Shown one piece after another: positions 36,540 to 49,000 of a stretch of 64,000 nucleotides of DNA. The stretch is from Malacoraja senta. Lineage: Eukaryota. Both the position numbers and the translations under genes were made by a program. A model generated the notes under the pieces. It was not told the DNA's origin, ran no database searches, and saw nothing but the letters and a program-made list of their open reading frames with translations. Location: assembly GCA_038087875.1 (NCBI GenBank), contig CM075995.1:2172001-2236000 (forward strand), written 5' to 3'. Every line of letters starts with the position of its first letter. Position 1 is the stretch's first letter.

Positions 36540-37280
36540 GAACCAATTCTAAGCAGCCGGTTGGAGAGGAAATTTGCACAGCGCTCGCTGCCTGTTAAGG
36601 GGTTACAGCAGCCAAGGAAACTGTCGACAGGAACTGCGCTGTAGCTGAGGGGTGGATTAAATATATTTCTTCGCAGATCCGATTAATGCTGCTATTCACG
36701 CAGGCATTTCACAGGGCAGGCAGGGGAAAGTTTGCTGTGGTTTCTGCATCAAGGAGCAGAGGGACACCGCTCCTCTGCACACCTGCCAAAAAGTTACACC
36801 AACTGATGATCTTCGAGGCAGGTAGAAGAGGAAGAGGTGAAGCCGGGACGTTTTCTTGCGGGCGTGCGCTCGGCGGGACCTCCCCCCCCCGCCCCCGTCG
36901 CCGGGAGGAGGAGGGTTCCATCCTCCCCCCCCCCTCGTGGTGCGACGCCACACGCGGACGTCGGGTGAAGCCTGCGGAGCACCACTGAGATGATAACACC
37001 ACACAACGTCAGCTGACTGCAGTGTCACTGTGCTGCTGGTTCTCCTCACGATCGCAATTCTGCCAGAGAGCTCCGTGGCTCCTATTGCTGCAGCTTCCCA
37101 GTCGCAGTGCGGCAAAGCAGCCAATGCAGCAGGAGCAAAGCAGCGACGGGATCCCGTCTCACCCATGCCGCCTCTCCGATGGAAGGAAAATATTACCGGG
37201 GAGCGCAAAAAACGGGGGGGCAGGGGATGGGGAGAAAATAAAGAGAGAGAAGAAACTGGCTGCTGGATTTACAGGTTAAT
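36540..37280 (+). promoter_or_regulatory. CpG-rich promoter / probable non-coding first exon of a host gene
   Basis: CpG- and GC-rich core at 36840-36980 within a TE-free island; CCAAT at 36543; possible donor CAG|GTTAAT at about 37274. Confidence 0.55.
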
Positions 37281-37967
37281 TTTCCTGGCATGCAGTTAAG
37301 CAGAGAGACCATGCATGAAGTCTGCATCCACAATATAGGGCAGGGGAGGCTATGAGGATGGATGGCTTGCCTGCCCGGCTCTTTGTAAATATTTCCTGTG
37401 CCATGCCGACATACCTGCAAGGGTTGAGACAGAGGATACAGTACTTTTCATCAACCGTTTGATCAAGGCCTCTTTTTTTTATTTAAAGAAATTGTTTTGC
37501 AAAGCTCGCCGCCTGATGTTCCCAGTCTGAACAGTGATCACGGACCGCAGTAATAGCAGCGGACTGACGACGGCTCCTGGCTCTCTCGCTCGGTGCAGAA
37601 CTCAAATTAAAGGGCAGCTTTTGGTGACCCACTTCCCCCCTGCATATCTTTGTTGGATGCAGGAGCAGCAGCTGCCTGGTACCAAACATCATTGGCCATC
37701 GTGTGGAGGATCTCAGGGATTGCACTGCACGACTGCTGGAGAGTGCCGGAGAGAGCGGGACTTGCACACAGTCACGCTAACCCCACCGCAGCTTTTAAGC
37801 CGCTGCCACAAACATTTCCCAACCGCCTAACCCATTCAGTACAGCTCTGCAGCCGCATCGGGATTAAACCGCTGCCTCTCGATGCCTGTCTCCATCCCTG
37901 CCTCAGCTACCGGAATGAACAGATCAACCTGTTTTCTTCTACCGTTCCAGGGATTTCACTTGAAGGG

Positions 37968-38113
37968 ATGCAACGCAGCCGGGGGGAGAGAAACAACGGC
38001 CGGGATAACAAGGGGGGAGCGGTGGTGCTATCACCTGGATGGGCGATCTTTGTTATCCTGGCTGCGTCTTTGCATATCTCTGCCTCAAGTTCGGGAGCTG
38101 CACTCAAGGCCAG
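37968..38113 (+). CDS. Probable first coding exon of a secreted or membrane protein (signal peptide), unidentified
   Basis: Acceptor ttttcttctaccgttccag| at 37950, gggATG at 37968, MQRSRGERNNGRDNKGGAVVLSPGWAIFVILAASLHISASSSGAALKA (charged N-region, hydrophobic core, small-residue end), donor CAG|GTTGCG (phase 2). Confidence 0.6.
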
Positions 38114-40704
38114 GTTGCGGCGTCTAACGAGCCAAAAGCAAAAATATATATATTTATATATATATTACAAGCAGCGAAGGCTGCATCAGGAGTCAGTAGC
38201 ACATTTAGGATGCTGCCAATTTGATGCATATGGCACGTGAGCCAGAGCCCCTCCAGGGACAGTTGTACAAAGGAGGGGGGGGTGGGGGGTGGGGGGAAGA
38301 GGATGCGTTTGAAGGAATTAAAAAAAAACTAAAGCCTTAATGGAGAGTCTGCATTGCAAAATGCCACCGAAACCCCCTTGCGCACATAGCAATTCCACCA
38401 GGCACTTGCAGCTGAATAATTAATGGATTAAATCATCCCGGATTCACCTTTCGCATAGGTTGGTACGATCGGAATTTTGTATATATGTAGAGAAATTCTT
38501 AACGGGAAGAGAAAATCTCCATTGGGATCTGACAGGCTGTCAAAAGGTGGGTGCTTAATATGAATAAACATTCCGATCTCCCTCAGTAACAATACTGCAG
38601 GGACTGCGATTCCATCAGGAGGCTGCATTGAGTTAAATGTTATTAATGGTGATAGAGGTAAACGGATTGTCCTGACAGCGTTTTCCTTCATTGTGTGTCT
38701 TTTTGTGTTTTATGGAGCTGGTTCAGGGCGCTGCAGGATTTGGAAAAAGGTTTTCCATTTCTCAAATCTGTGGCCGTGCAAGGATCAGTTCGGTTTTCCA
38801 GTAGCACTCGGACCGGACCCTCTTCTGATATCGTTCACAGTGGTTTAAATTGGCCGCTCGGAGCCACACAGTCCAAATGTAGTGGGTTTTAACCCGATAA
38901 ATGATCCCCAGCCAAAAAAATAAAGGTCCTTAAAAGGCTGCACCGCACAGCGTCCTCTTAAAACACTCAGTGCAGGCTGGTCCTGCTCATTCCATTGTTT
39001 GCAGGGGGAATCCCACCAGAGGATGAAGACCATGGCAAAAAAATAAAAGACTATCAATCTGCGCAATCAACCTTGCATTCCACGGTGCCGACAATATTAA
39101 TTGAGAGAGCATTAATCAAAATCAACCAGCGTAGAATCTTCTTACAAAATATACTTACATCTGCCTAGAAAGCTACGGGATTGTACTCTGTCAGCACAAA
39201 CGCCTTATAAAAATCCTGGGGAGGCAAATTAAAAAAAAACGGAACAGGGTTTCTTTTATCCACAAAACTGTAAGTAAATATCCCTAACGTAAAAGCATTG
39301 TTTTAAATCCTTTTGTTTCCCCGGTTGCCATTTAATACAAGGTAAATGACCGATTAAGTGCAAAACATGCAGTCTTCAGAGATTAAAAATCTTTAACAAT
39401 GCTTTTTTTTTAAGAAAATAAATCGCTGTAATCTAAAGTGCCGCATTGTATCTGATGCAAATCTGAACATGAGATACATGTTTTAAGACAAACGTAACAT
39501 TCAATAAAATGCTTTGTATCTCAAGTGGTGTACAATTTGTTGGTCCTCAATTGAACAGAACAAATCCAGTATTCTAAATCACTTTCATCCCTGAGATTTG
39601 CTTTTTGCAGCATTTGAATCCTATTAGTCTTTTCACAGCACTAAGGCAAGGACTTTCATACAGAATCACCACCTCAATGCTTACCTATGTCTTGTTTAGT
39701 TATAATTTTCCTTCAAGGTGTTGAAATCTCAGCACAGTCAGATGATTGTAATAAAAGGCCATTTTAAATAAAACCAGGTAGAATTCCCGACCCGACCTGA
39801 AACGTCTACCTATCCATGTTCTCCAGAGATGCTGCCTGACCCACTGAGTTACTCCAGCACTTTGTGTCCTTTTTGGTAAACCAGCAGCTGCAATTCCTTG
39901 TGCCTCTAAAATAAATATCCCATTTGATGTATAATGCGGAATAAAACGGGGAACCAAGTTATAGACACTGAAGTCTATTTTTAGACATTTGTCGGGAAAT
40001 TTTCAGAATCATTTTTTTTTCAGTTTCCCAGATGCGTTTTATAAGACCAAGCTAAACTATGAACTGAACTACTTCATAGGAACTGAGTACAATGCTATGT
40101 TATCCACATGTTATCCAAATGCTATCCACATTTGGTATTTCCAAAATCCTAAACATCAACAAACTAGTTTTTTTAAATTTAGAGACACAGTTATAATTTA
40201 GAGTATAAATTCTAGCGAGTCAAACGTGCAAACACTTTCCTTTAGAAATATAATCTGATTCATGGTATATGGATTTCACTGGCGAAGGTCAGTGAAAGAG
40301 TTAACCACATTGATGGATCGCATATTCTCTTCCCTTGAAAACATTATGGGAGAAATCAGGTGTTTCCACGATAACCAGAGTGCAGATATTTGCATTTAAA
40401 TTACAGATTTATTTTTTAATTTAAATTCAATGGTTTCTTTAATGTATGCACCAGATACAGTGAAATACATGTTTTGCATATAGCTCAGCAAGACTATCAC
40501 CCCGGTCAGTACAGATAGTGCAGAACAGTCCACTCAGTCCTTGTGCAAGAGAGGCCATCCTCGTGCCGTTTTATAGTTCCAGCTGCAGATGACCACAAAG
40601 GTCCGCTGTAGCCATCACCTCCATTTCCGTCATCCCACAAAATTATGTCCCTCTCCTGGTCCTCTTCGTCTGCTTTGATCTGTCCTTTTCACACCTAACC
40701 AATG

Positions 40705-41118
40705 ATGAGCATTTGTACTCACTGGAGTTTAGATGAATGAGGGGAGACCTCATTGAAACGTACAGAATAATGAAAGGCTTGGATAGAGTGGACGTGGAGA
40801 GGATGTTTCCACTAGTGGGAGAGTCTAGGACTAGAGGTCATAGCCTCAGATTTGAAGGATGTTCTTTTAGGAAGGAGATGAGGAGAGGGTGGTGAATCTG
40901 TGGGATTCTTTGCCACAGAAGGATGTGGAGGCCAAGTCAGTGGATATTTTTAAGGCATGGATAGATAGATTTTTGATTAATACAGGTGTCAGATGTTGTG
41001 GGGAGAAGGCAGGGGAATGGGGTTAGGATAGATAGGTCAGCCATGATTGAATGGTGGAGTCGACTTGATGGGCCAAATTGCCTAATTCTACTCCTATCAC
41101 TTATGACCTTATGACCTT
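40705..41118 (+). mobile_element. CR1 LINE 3' fragment
   Basis: Standard ORF2 end and 3' UTR with (ttatgacc)n tail. Confidence 0.85.
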
Positions 41119-43064
41119 ACCCTTCCATATCTCTCCCCTGACTCTCGGTTTGAGGGAAGGGTCTCGACCCGAAACGTCACCCATTCCTTCTCTCCGGAGA
41201 TGCTGCCTGTCCCTGTGAGTTACTCCAGCATTTTGTGTCTGTCTTTGGCGTAAACCAGCATCTGCAGTTCCTTCCTACACACATCGCCCGGTGGTGGGGT
41301 CTCCCGCAGCCGACCTTGCGGGCGCGGAATGTGAGACCCCCCTCCACCCCTTTGTCCAGCACCCACTGCCATCGCCCTCGCCCCCCACACCCTCCGATTC
41401 TCGATCCACAGGGTCAGCAGGAGCTCCTAGCTGCTTTGACACGATTGAACTCTGTATCAATAATCCAGATCTCCGGCAGCCAGTGCAGTAGATTAACCAC
41501 AAACCTACGAGACGTCTGTGGGCAAACGTGCCCTTAAGAATTGAAAGGTTGTTTGGTGCACCTTCTTTAGTCTTTGACTTGCTGCCTGACGCTCCAGCGC
41601 ACAATACTGATTTTTACGGTTCGATCTAGCTTTACCTTTCTCAATGTAAGTGGAAGTAGTTGAGGCAGGTGCAATAACGACATTTAAATGGCACATGGAT
41701 TGGAAAGGTTTAGAGGGATATTGTCAAAAGCGGGTAAATAAGTTCATGTGATAGGAGCAGAATTCAGCCCATCAAGTCGACTCCGCCATTCAATGATGGC
41801 TGATCTGTCTCTCCCTCCGAACCCCAATTCTCCTGCCTTCTCCCCATAACCCCTGACTAATGGGCTAGCTTAGATGGGGCATCCTGCTTGTTTGGCATGA
41901 ACAGGATGGGCCGAAGGGCCTGTTTCTGTGCTGTTTTACTCCATGGCGCTATGTACTTATTCATTGCATGAGGGAGTAACAGAAAGTTGTAATGTCGTAA
42001 TAATGTAATATTGGTCGCTGCCTCATAGCTTCTGTGCCGCACTTGGAAGAACTACCTGTGTATCTCAGATAGTTACAAAATGCTGGAGTTACTCAGCGGG
42101 TCAGGCAGCATCTCTGGAGAAAAGGTACAGGTAATGTTTCGGGTCGAGCCCCAACTTCAGACTGGTCAGCCTGACGAAGTGTCTCGACCTGAAACGTCAC
42201 TTATTCCTTCTCTCCAGAGATGCTGCCTGACCTGCTGAGTTACTCCAGCATTTTGTGTCTATCTTTTGGGTCGATCAGTATCTTCAGTTTCTTCCTTAAC
42301 ATTTTATCTACATATCTCCATTCATTTATTTTATCCTATACTGTACTGTACTATACTTGGATTGGATCGAGTGGGTGTGAAGAGGATGTTTCCACTAGTG
42401 GGAGAATCCAGGACCAGAGGTCATAGTCGTAGAATTAAAGCACGTTCTTTTAGGAAAGAGATGAGGAGAAATTGTTTTAGTCAGAGGGTGGTGAATCTGT
42501 GGAATTCTTTGTCTCAGAAAGCTGTGGAGAAGAAGTCAGTGGATATTTTTAAGGCAGAGATCGTTCGATTCTTGATTAGTACAGGTGTCAGAGGTTATGG
42601 GTAGAAGGCAGGAGAATGGGGTTCGGAGGGAGAGATAGATCAGCCAGGATTGAATGGCGGAGTAGACTTGATGGGCCGAATGGCCTAATTCCACTCCTAT
42701 CACATATGACCTTATGACACAAGGAACATCAGATGCTAGATTAACTCAGTCAGGCAGCATCTTCGGAGGACAGGGAGAGGTGAAGTTACAGGTCAGGATC
42801 CTTCTTCAGACATGGCTTTCTGGACTAAAGAAGGGTCCCGACCAGAAACGTGCCCTATCTGTATCCTCCAGAGATGCTACCCGAACCATTGAGTTACTCC
42901 ATCAGTTTGTGCTTTTGTTTAGATTAGTCTGTGTGAGTTTGTAATAACGTCCCAGATGGGTGCAACATTTTCCAGTAACTCGAATGAAGACTAGTTAGAG
43001 AGAAAAGGGTCATGGAGACAGCGGCAGTCACAATCAGTAAGAGAGGTGGGATTTTAAACACCAG

Positions 43065-43553
43065 AGTGTGCAGAGAAGATTTACAAGGATGTTGCCAGGA
43101 CTCGAGGGCCTGAGCCATAGGGAGAGGTTGAGCAGGCTAGGGCTCTATTCCTTGGAGAGCAGGAGGATGAGGAGCGATCCTATGGAGGAGTACAAAATCA
43201 TGAGAAGAATAGATCGGGTCAACGCAAAGTCCCTTGCCTGGAGTAGGGGAATCGAGAACCAGTGAGGGGAAGGTGAGGGATACGGTGAGGGGGGAAAGAT
43301 TTAATAGGAGCCTGAGGGGTAACTCTTTCACACAAAGGGTGGTGGGTGTATGGAACGAGCTGCCGGAGGAGGTAGTTGATGCAGGTACTATTGCAAGAAA
43401 CATTTAGACAGGTACCTGGATAGGACAGGTTTAGAGGGATATGGGGCAAAGGCCAGCAGATGGGACTGGTGTAGATGGGACATGTTGGTCGGTGTGTTGG
43501 CAAGTTGGACCGAAGGGCCCACTTTCACACCGTGTGATTCTATGACTCTATGA
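43065..43553 (+). mobile_element. CR1 (HER1-type) 3' fragment
   Basis: QRRFTRMLPGLEGLS..RLGLYSLE..; (ctatgact)n tail. Confidence 0.85.
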
Positions 43554-43934
43554 CAAAAGGAAATTAGCCATGTGCAGAACTTGAGATCAGGGTCTCATTG
43601 ACAATTACCAATTATGGAAGCTAGTCATGGCCCAGCAACTTCAAAGTACAGCAGGGCATAGAGGTGAAATTAAAGATCTTGAAGATAAACACAAAATGCT
43701 GGGGTAAATCAGCAGGACAGGCAGCATCTCTGGAGAAAAGGAGTAGGTGACTTTTTGGGTCAAGACCCTTTCTTCAGACTGAGAGTCAGGGGAAAGTGAA
43801 GCGAGAGATATAGACGGTACATGAGACAAATGAGTGAAAGATATGGTAAAAGATTAAAGATCTGTCCGACCCTAGTTTACTGAATATTAGTTAACAGAGA
43901 AACCTGTACACACCATCACTAAATCAAGGGTGAT

Positions 43935-44520
43935 TCTCGCCCTGGCCACTCTCTTTGCTCCCCTCTCCCATCAGGGAAAAGGTACAGAAGTGTGAAAACG
44001 CACACCTCCAGATTCAGGGACAGTTTCTTCCCAGCTGTTATCAGGCAACTGAATCATCCTACCACAACCAGAGAGCAGTGGTGAAAGACAATAGACAATA
44101 GGTGCAGGAGTAGGCCATTCGGCCCTTCGAGCCAGCACCGCCATTCAATGTGATCATGGCTGATCATCCACAATCAGTACCCCGTTCCTGCCTTCTCCCC
44201 ATATCCCCTGACTCCGCTATCTTCAAGAGCCCTATCTAGCTCTCTCTTGAAAGTATCCACAGAACCGGCCTCCACCGCCCTCGGAGGCAGAGAATTCCAC
44301 AGACTCAGACAGTTCTACCTCATTGGTGACCCTGGACTATCCTTGATCGGACTTTGCTGGCTTTCCCTTGCACTAAATGTTATCCCCTTATCATGTATCT
44401 GTGCACTGTAAATGGCTCGATTGTAATCATGTATTGTCTTTCTGCTGACTGGATAGCACGCAACAAAAACTTTGCACTGTACCTCGGTACAGGTGGTAAT
44501 AAACTGCACTAAACAAAACT
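43935..44520 (+). mobile_element. Rex1/Babar 3' fragment with nested minus-strand CR1 tail (about 44087-44308)
   Basis: HSLF.PLPSGKRYRSVKT.TSRFRDSFFPAVIRQLN; (gacaata)n CR1 tail interrupts the UTR. Confidence 0.82.
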
Positions 44521-44539
44521 AAACTAAACTAAATAAACA

Positions 44540-44749
44540 CAAAAAGCTGCAGTGACTCAGCAGGACAGGCAGCATCTGTGGAGAGAAGGAATGGGTGATG
44601 CTTCAGGTCGAGACCCTTCCTCAGACTTGATTAGTTTGACCCGAAACGTCACCCATTCCTTCTCTCCAGAGATGCTGCCTGTCCCACTGAGTTACTCCAG
44701 CTTTTTGTGTCTATCTTCGGTTTGAACCCGGCATCTGCAGTTCCTTCCT
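44540..44749. mobile_element. Fold-back Penelope terminal-repeat insertion
   Basis: Direct repeat AAACTAAATAAACA on both sides; inverted arms. Confidence 0.82.
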
Positions 44750-45694
44750 AAACTAAATAAACATTGTTTCCTTAATTTGAAGGTTTAACTTTAAAACATC
44801 CCAAAGCTTTCAACGTACTATGGTTTTCAGTTATAATTTCATAAAGTTTGGGAAATCTAAACCTATCCGTTTCTCCTGCACCTTACTGTAAACCCATTAT
44901 AATTTAACACTGTTTAATTTCACCAGTTTAACGTTTTGCGACCCCTCCCTTTTCCACCCCCTCTTTGCCACTGAGGGAGTTATCCAGATTGATGATGTCG
45001 AAATGCAAGTTAAAACAGATGTTCGGGTTTTTACACAGCAATAAATAAGAGGGAAAGGAATACAAACACGGACAAGATCATTGTTGCAATGTTGATATAA
45101 AGAGCCAATTCCGTTCCATGCATGTCTGACATCAACTGGAAAGGGTGCAAAGAAGATTTACGAGGATGTTATTGGATTTGGAGGATATGAGTTATAAGGG
45201 GAGGTTGAATGGGCTTGGACTTTATTCCCTGGAGCTTAGGAGGCTGACGGGTGATCGTATAGAGGTGTATAAAATCGTGAGGGCCACAAATGAGGTGAAT
45301 AGACAGCCTTTTCCCCAGGGTAGGGGAATACAAAACGAGAGCGCAGAGGCTTCAGATGAGAGAAAGCAAATTTAAAGGGGACCAGAGGGGGCAACTTTTT
45401 CACACAGATTGTGGTGCCTATATGGTTTAGTTCAGTTTAGTGTACAGTCACGTGTACCGAGGTACAGTGAAAAGCTTTTGTTGCGTGCTATCCAGTCAGC
45501 AGAAAGACAATACATGATTACAATCAAGCCTTCCACAGTGTATAGATACATGATAAGGGAATAACATTTAGTGCAAGGTAAGTCCGATCAAGGATAGTCC
45601 GAGGGTCACCATATGCCAGAAGCAGTGGTGGAGGCGGGTACAATTACGACTCTGAAAAGACATTTCTAACTGGTACATGTTTAGGAAAGGGTTA

Positions 45695-46009
45695 AAGCCT
45701 GTCCCACTGTACGAGTTCATTCAAGAGCTCTCCCGAGTTTAAAAAAAATCAAACTCGTGGAAGCACGTAGAATGTACGTAGCGGGTACGTCGGAGCTCGA
45801 GGACGTCTCTTAGCGGCTCGTAACGCTAACGGCAGGTACTCGGGAAACGCGGTAAGCTCGGGAAGACTCGTGAAGATTTTTCAACATGTTGAAAAATGTC
45901 CACGAGAGCCCCGAGTACCTACGAACGGCCATTACCGTAAATTTCTGAGTTCGAATCAGGGCAAACTCGGGAGAACTCTTGAATGAACTTGTACAGTGGG
46001 ACAGGGCTT
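45695..46009. mobile_element. PIF/Harbinger-type MITE inserted in a CR1 tail
   Basis: TTA TSD; TIR AAGCCTGTCCCACTGTAC.AGTTCATTCAAGAG with its reverse complement at the right end. Confidence 0.88.
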
Positions 46010-46486
46010 TTAGAGTCATCTGGATCAAGAGCAGGCAAGTGGGACTAGCTCAGTTAGGCAATTTGGTCATCATGGCCGAGTTGGTCCAAAGAGCCTTTTT
46101 CTGTGCCATGTAGCACACTCCAAAAACGTACAGGTGTGTAGGTTAAACGGGTTTGGTAAAATTTGAAAATTGTCTCAAGTGTGTAGGATAGTGCTAGTGT
46201 ACGGGGCTCGTTGGTTGGCACGGACCCGGTGGGCTGATGAGCCTGTTTCCACACTGTATCTCTAAAGTCTAACGACTCCCTCAAGATCACACTGAGGCAG
46301 TCCATACCATTTATCATGTATCTGTACACTGTGGACAACTCGGTTGTAATCATGTGTAGTCTTTCCGCTGACTGGTTAGCACGCAACAAAAACGCTTTTC
46401 ACTCTACCTCGGTACACATGACAATAAACTAAACTAATCTCTGTGATTCAATAAATCTGAAGGGAAATAAATGCTAGTATTTATAG

Positions 46487-46714
46487 TTTAAGAAGGAACT
46501 GCAGATGCTGGAAAATCGAAGGTAGAAAGAAATGCTGGAGAAACTCAGCAGGCGAGGCAGCATCTATGGAGCGAAGGAAATAGGCAACGTTTCGGGTCGA
46601 AACCCTTCTTTTCGGGTCGAAACCAAAGGGTTTCGACCCGAAACGTTGCCTATTTCCTTCGCTCCATAGATGCTGCCTCACCCGCTGAGTTTCTCCAGCA
46701 TTTTTGACTACCTT
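46487..46714. mobile_element. Fold-back Penelope terminal-repeat insertion
   Basis: 10-bp TSD GTATTTATAG (46477-86 / 46715-24); centre made of reiterated hammerhead stem II/III pieces. Confidence 0.88.
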
Positions 46715-47050
46715 GTATTTATAGCATTGTTTGGGGTTCCCAAAGCATTTTATAACCAGAGAGGCTCCTTTGAATTGTTATAACAAAGATAAATCTAGTT
46801 GGTAATTTTTGCAGAGTGAGCTCTACAAATGGCACTGTGATATTAATTGGATCATCTTTGAAAAAACTAATGTTTAATTGTTAATAAATGATATTTAGAA
46901 TAACATATTCCCCAAATCACCAGGATAATTCCCATGCTCTATGAAATGGCGGTGTTAGATCCTTAATGTTCATTTGAGAAGGAAGACAGGACTTTCATTT
47001 AATATCTCTTCTGAAAGACCACTCCTCTAACACTGCAGTATTACATTGAA
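46715..47050 (-). mobile_element. Ancient DeuSINE (SacSINE1-like) remnant
   Basis: Degenerate match, from memory of the consensus, to the Deu domain (atttaatatctcttctgaaagaccactcctctaacactgcag) and tail (cccaaagcattttataacca). Confidence 0.55.
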
Positions 47051-47889
47051 GTCATAATGTCATATAGTCATAGAATACGGAAACAGACCCTTCAGCCCAA
47101 TTTGTCCCTACTGACCAAGGTGCCCCATCTGCACTTGTCCACCATGCACAGATCCCTCCACACCTATCCTATCCATGTACACCTGTGCAAATGCCTTTTA
47201 AATGTTGGATAGCTGGGAAGGGTGCAGAGACAAGCTCGAATGGGTGTAGAGAAGATCTACGAGGATGTTGCCAGGACTCGAGGGCCTGAGCTATAGGGAG
47301 AGGTTGAGCAGGCTGGGATTCTATTCCTTGAAGCGCAGGAGGATGAGAGGCGATCTTATAGAGGTGTACAAAATCATGAGAGGAATAGATCGGGTAAACA
47401 CACAGTCCCTTGCCCAGAGTAGGGGAATGGAGAACCAGAGGACATAGGTTGATGGTGAGGGGGAAAGATTCAATAGAAACTGAGGGGTAATTTTTTTACG
47501 CAAAGGGTGGTGGTCGTATGGAACGAGCTGCCGGAGGAGGTAGTTGCGGCAGGGACTATCGCAAATTTAAGAAATTTACAGTGCCAGAAAACCGGGTTCA
47601 ATCCTAGCCATGGGTGGTTTTGGTATGGAGTTTGTATGTTCTCCCTGTGACCACGTGGGTTTTCTTTGGGTGCTCCGGTTTCCTCCAACACTCCAGAGAC
47701 GTGCAGGTTTGTAGGTTAGTTGGCTTCTGTAAATTGTCCCTAACGTGTAGGATAGAACGAGTGTATGGGTGATCGTTCGTCAGCATGGACTCGGTGGGCT
47801 GAAGGGCCTGTTTCCATGCTGTATCTCGAAAACTAAATCTCCTTGAATCAACTCTACCTATGAATGTGATGGACAGTTTTAGCATAGCT

Positions 47890-48597
47890 CAACACATCGG
47901 TAGTAAGGAAGGCAAATGCAATTCTAGCATTTATTTCAAGAGGGCTAGAATACAAAAACAGGGATGTAATGCTGAGGTAGACGAAAATGCTGGAGAAACT
48001 CAGCGGGTGAGGCAGCATCTATGGAGCGAAGGAATGCTGAGGCTCCATAAGGCGTTGGTCAGGCCGCATTTGGAGTATTGTGAGCAATTCTGGGCACCAT
48101 ATCTGAGGATGAATGTGCTGGCTCTGGAGAAGGTCCAGAGGAGGTTTACAAGAATGATCCCAGGAATGTGGGTTAACGTATGATGAGCATTTGATGGCAT
48201 TGGGCCTGTACTCGCTAGAGTTTAGAAGAATGAGGGGGGATCTCACTGAAACTTGAATAGTGAAGGGCTTGGATAGAGTGGATGTGGAGAGGATGTTTCC
48301 ATTAGTGGGAGAGTCTAGGACCAGAGGTCATGGCCTCAGAATTAAAATACGTTATTTTAGGAAAGAGATGAAGAGGAATTTCTTTAGTCAGAGGGTGGTG
48401 AATCTGTGGAATTCTTTGCCACAGAGGGTTGTGGAGGCCGTCAATGGATATTTTTTAAGGCAGAAATAGATAGATTCTTGATTAGTAAGGGTGTCAGGGG
48501 AGAAGGCAGGGGAATGGGGTTAGGAGGGAGAGATAGATAGATCAGCCATGATTGAATGGCGGAGCAGTTCTGCCCCCATCACTTATGACCTTATGAC
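47890..48597 (+). mobile_element. CR1 3' fragment with a short Penelope insert (about 47977-48032)
   Basis: MLRLHKALVRPHLEYCEQFWAP..; standard 3' UTR. Confidence 0.85.
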
Positions 48598-48679
48598 ATA
48601 TTGAGCAAATCAATGGAGGTAATGTGTTTGAAATTGTGAATTCAAGCATTACAGCAAAATGACCACAATGTCTCGATTT

Positions 48680-49000
48680 ACATTCCAGCACAGTGTTGGA
48701 GTACTGCTGTGCTGCTCCAGATTGTGTCTAACAAATGAGACCCTGTCTATTCCCTCATGTAAATGTAAAAGATTTCATTGCCGTAGTTGAAGAACATAAT
48801 AGCTTGCCCGGTATTCACTCCCAATAATATTTCCCAATAAAATTCACAAAACTAATGTCAGCCCATTATTTCTTGCCTGTTTGTAGAACCTTCAAATTGT
48901 GTTTAATATTTCCTACATTACAATATTAATGCCATTTCAATGCTTCTTTGGCTATAAACCACTTTGGGCCATACTGACAATGTAAAATATATCATGGTTT
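48680..49000 (+). mobile_element. Ancient DeuSINE (SacSINE1-like) remnant
   Basis: aaatgtaaaagatttcattgcc..ttgaaga and tttcctacattacaa..ttggctataaaccactttggg resemble the Deu domain and tail. Confidence 0.55.

Noticed and set aside
36686..37299. Overlapping ORFs of 70-170 aa on both strands
   Set aside because: Expected in GC-rich promoter DNA; no recognisable domains.
37650..38240. 196-aa single-exon ORF
   Set aside because: Non-ATG start, low-complexity end; only 37968-38113 is bracketed by splice signals and looks protein-like.
38930..38960. Possible REST/NRSF (RE1) site ctgcaccgcacagcgtcc
   Set aside because: Spacing and the GGACAG half-site do not match the consensus.
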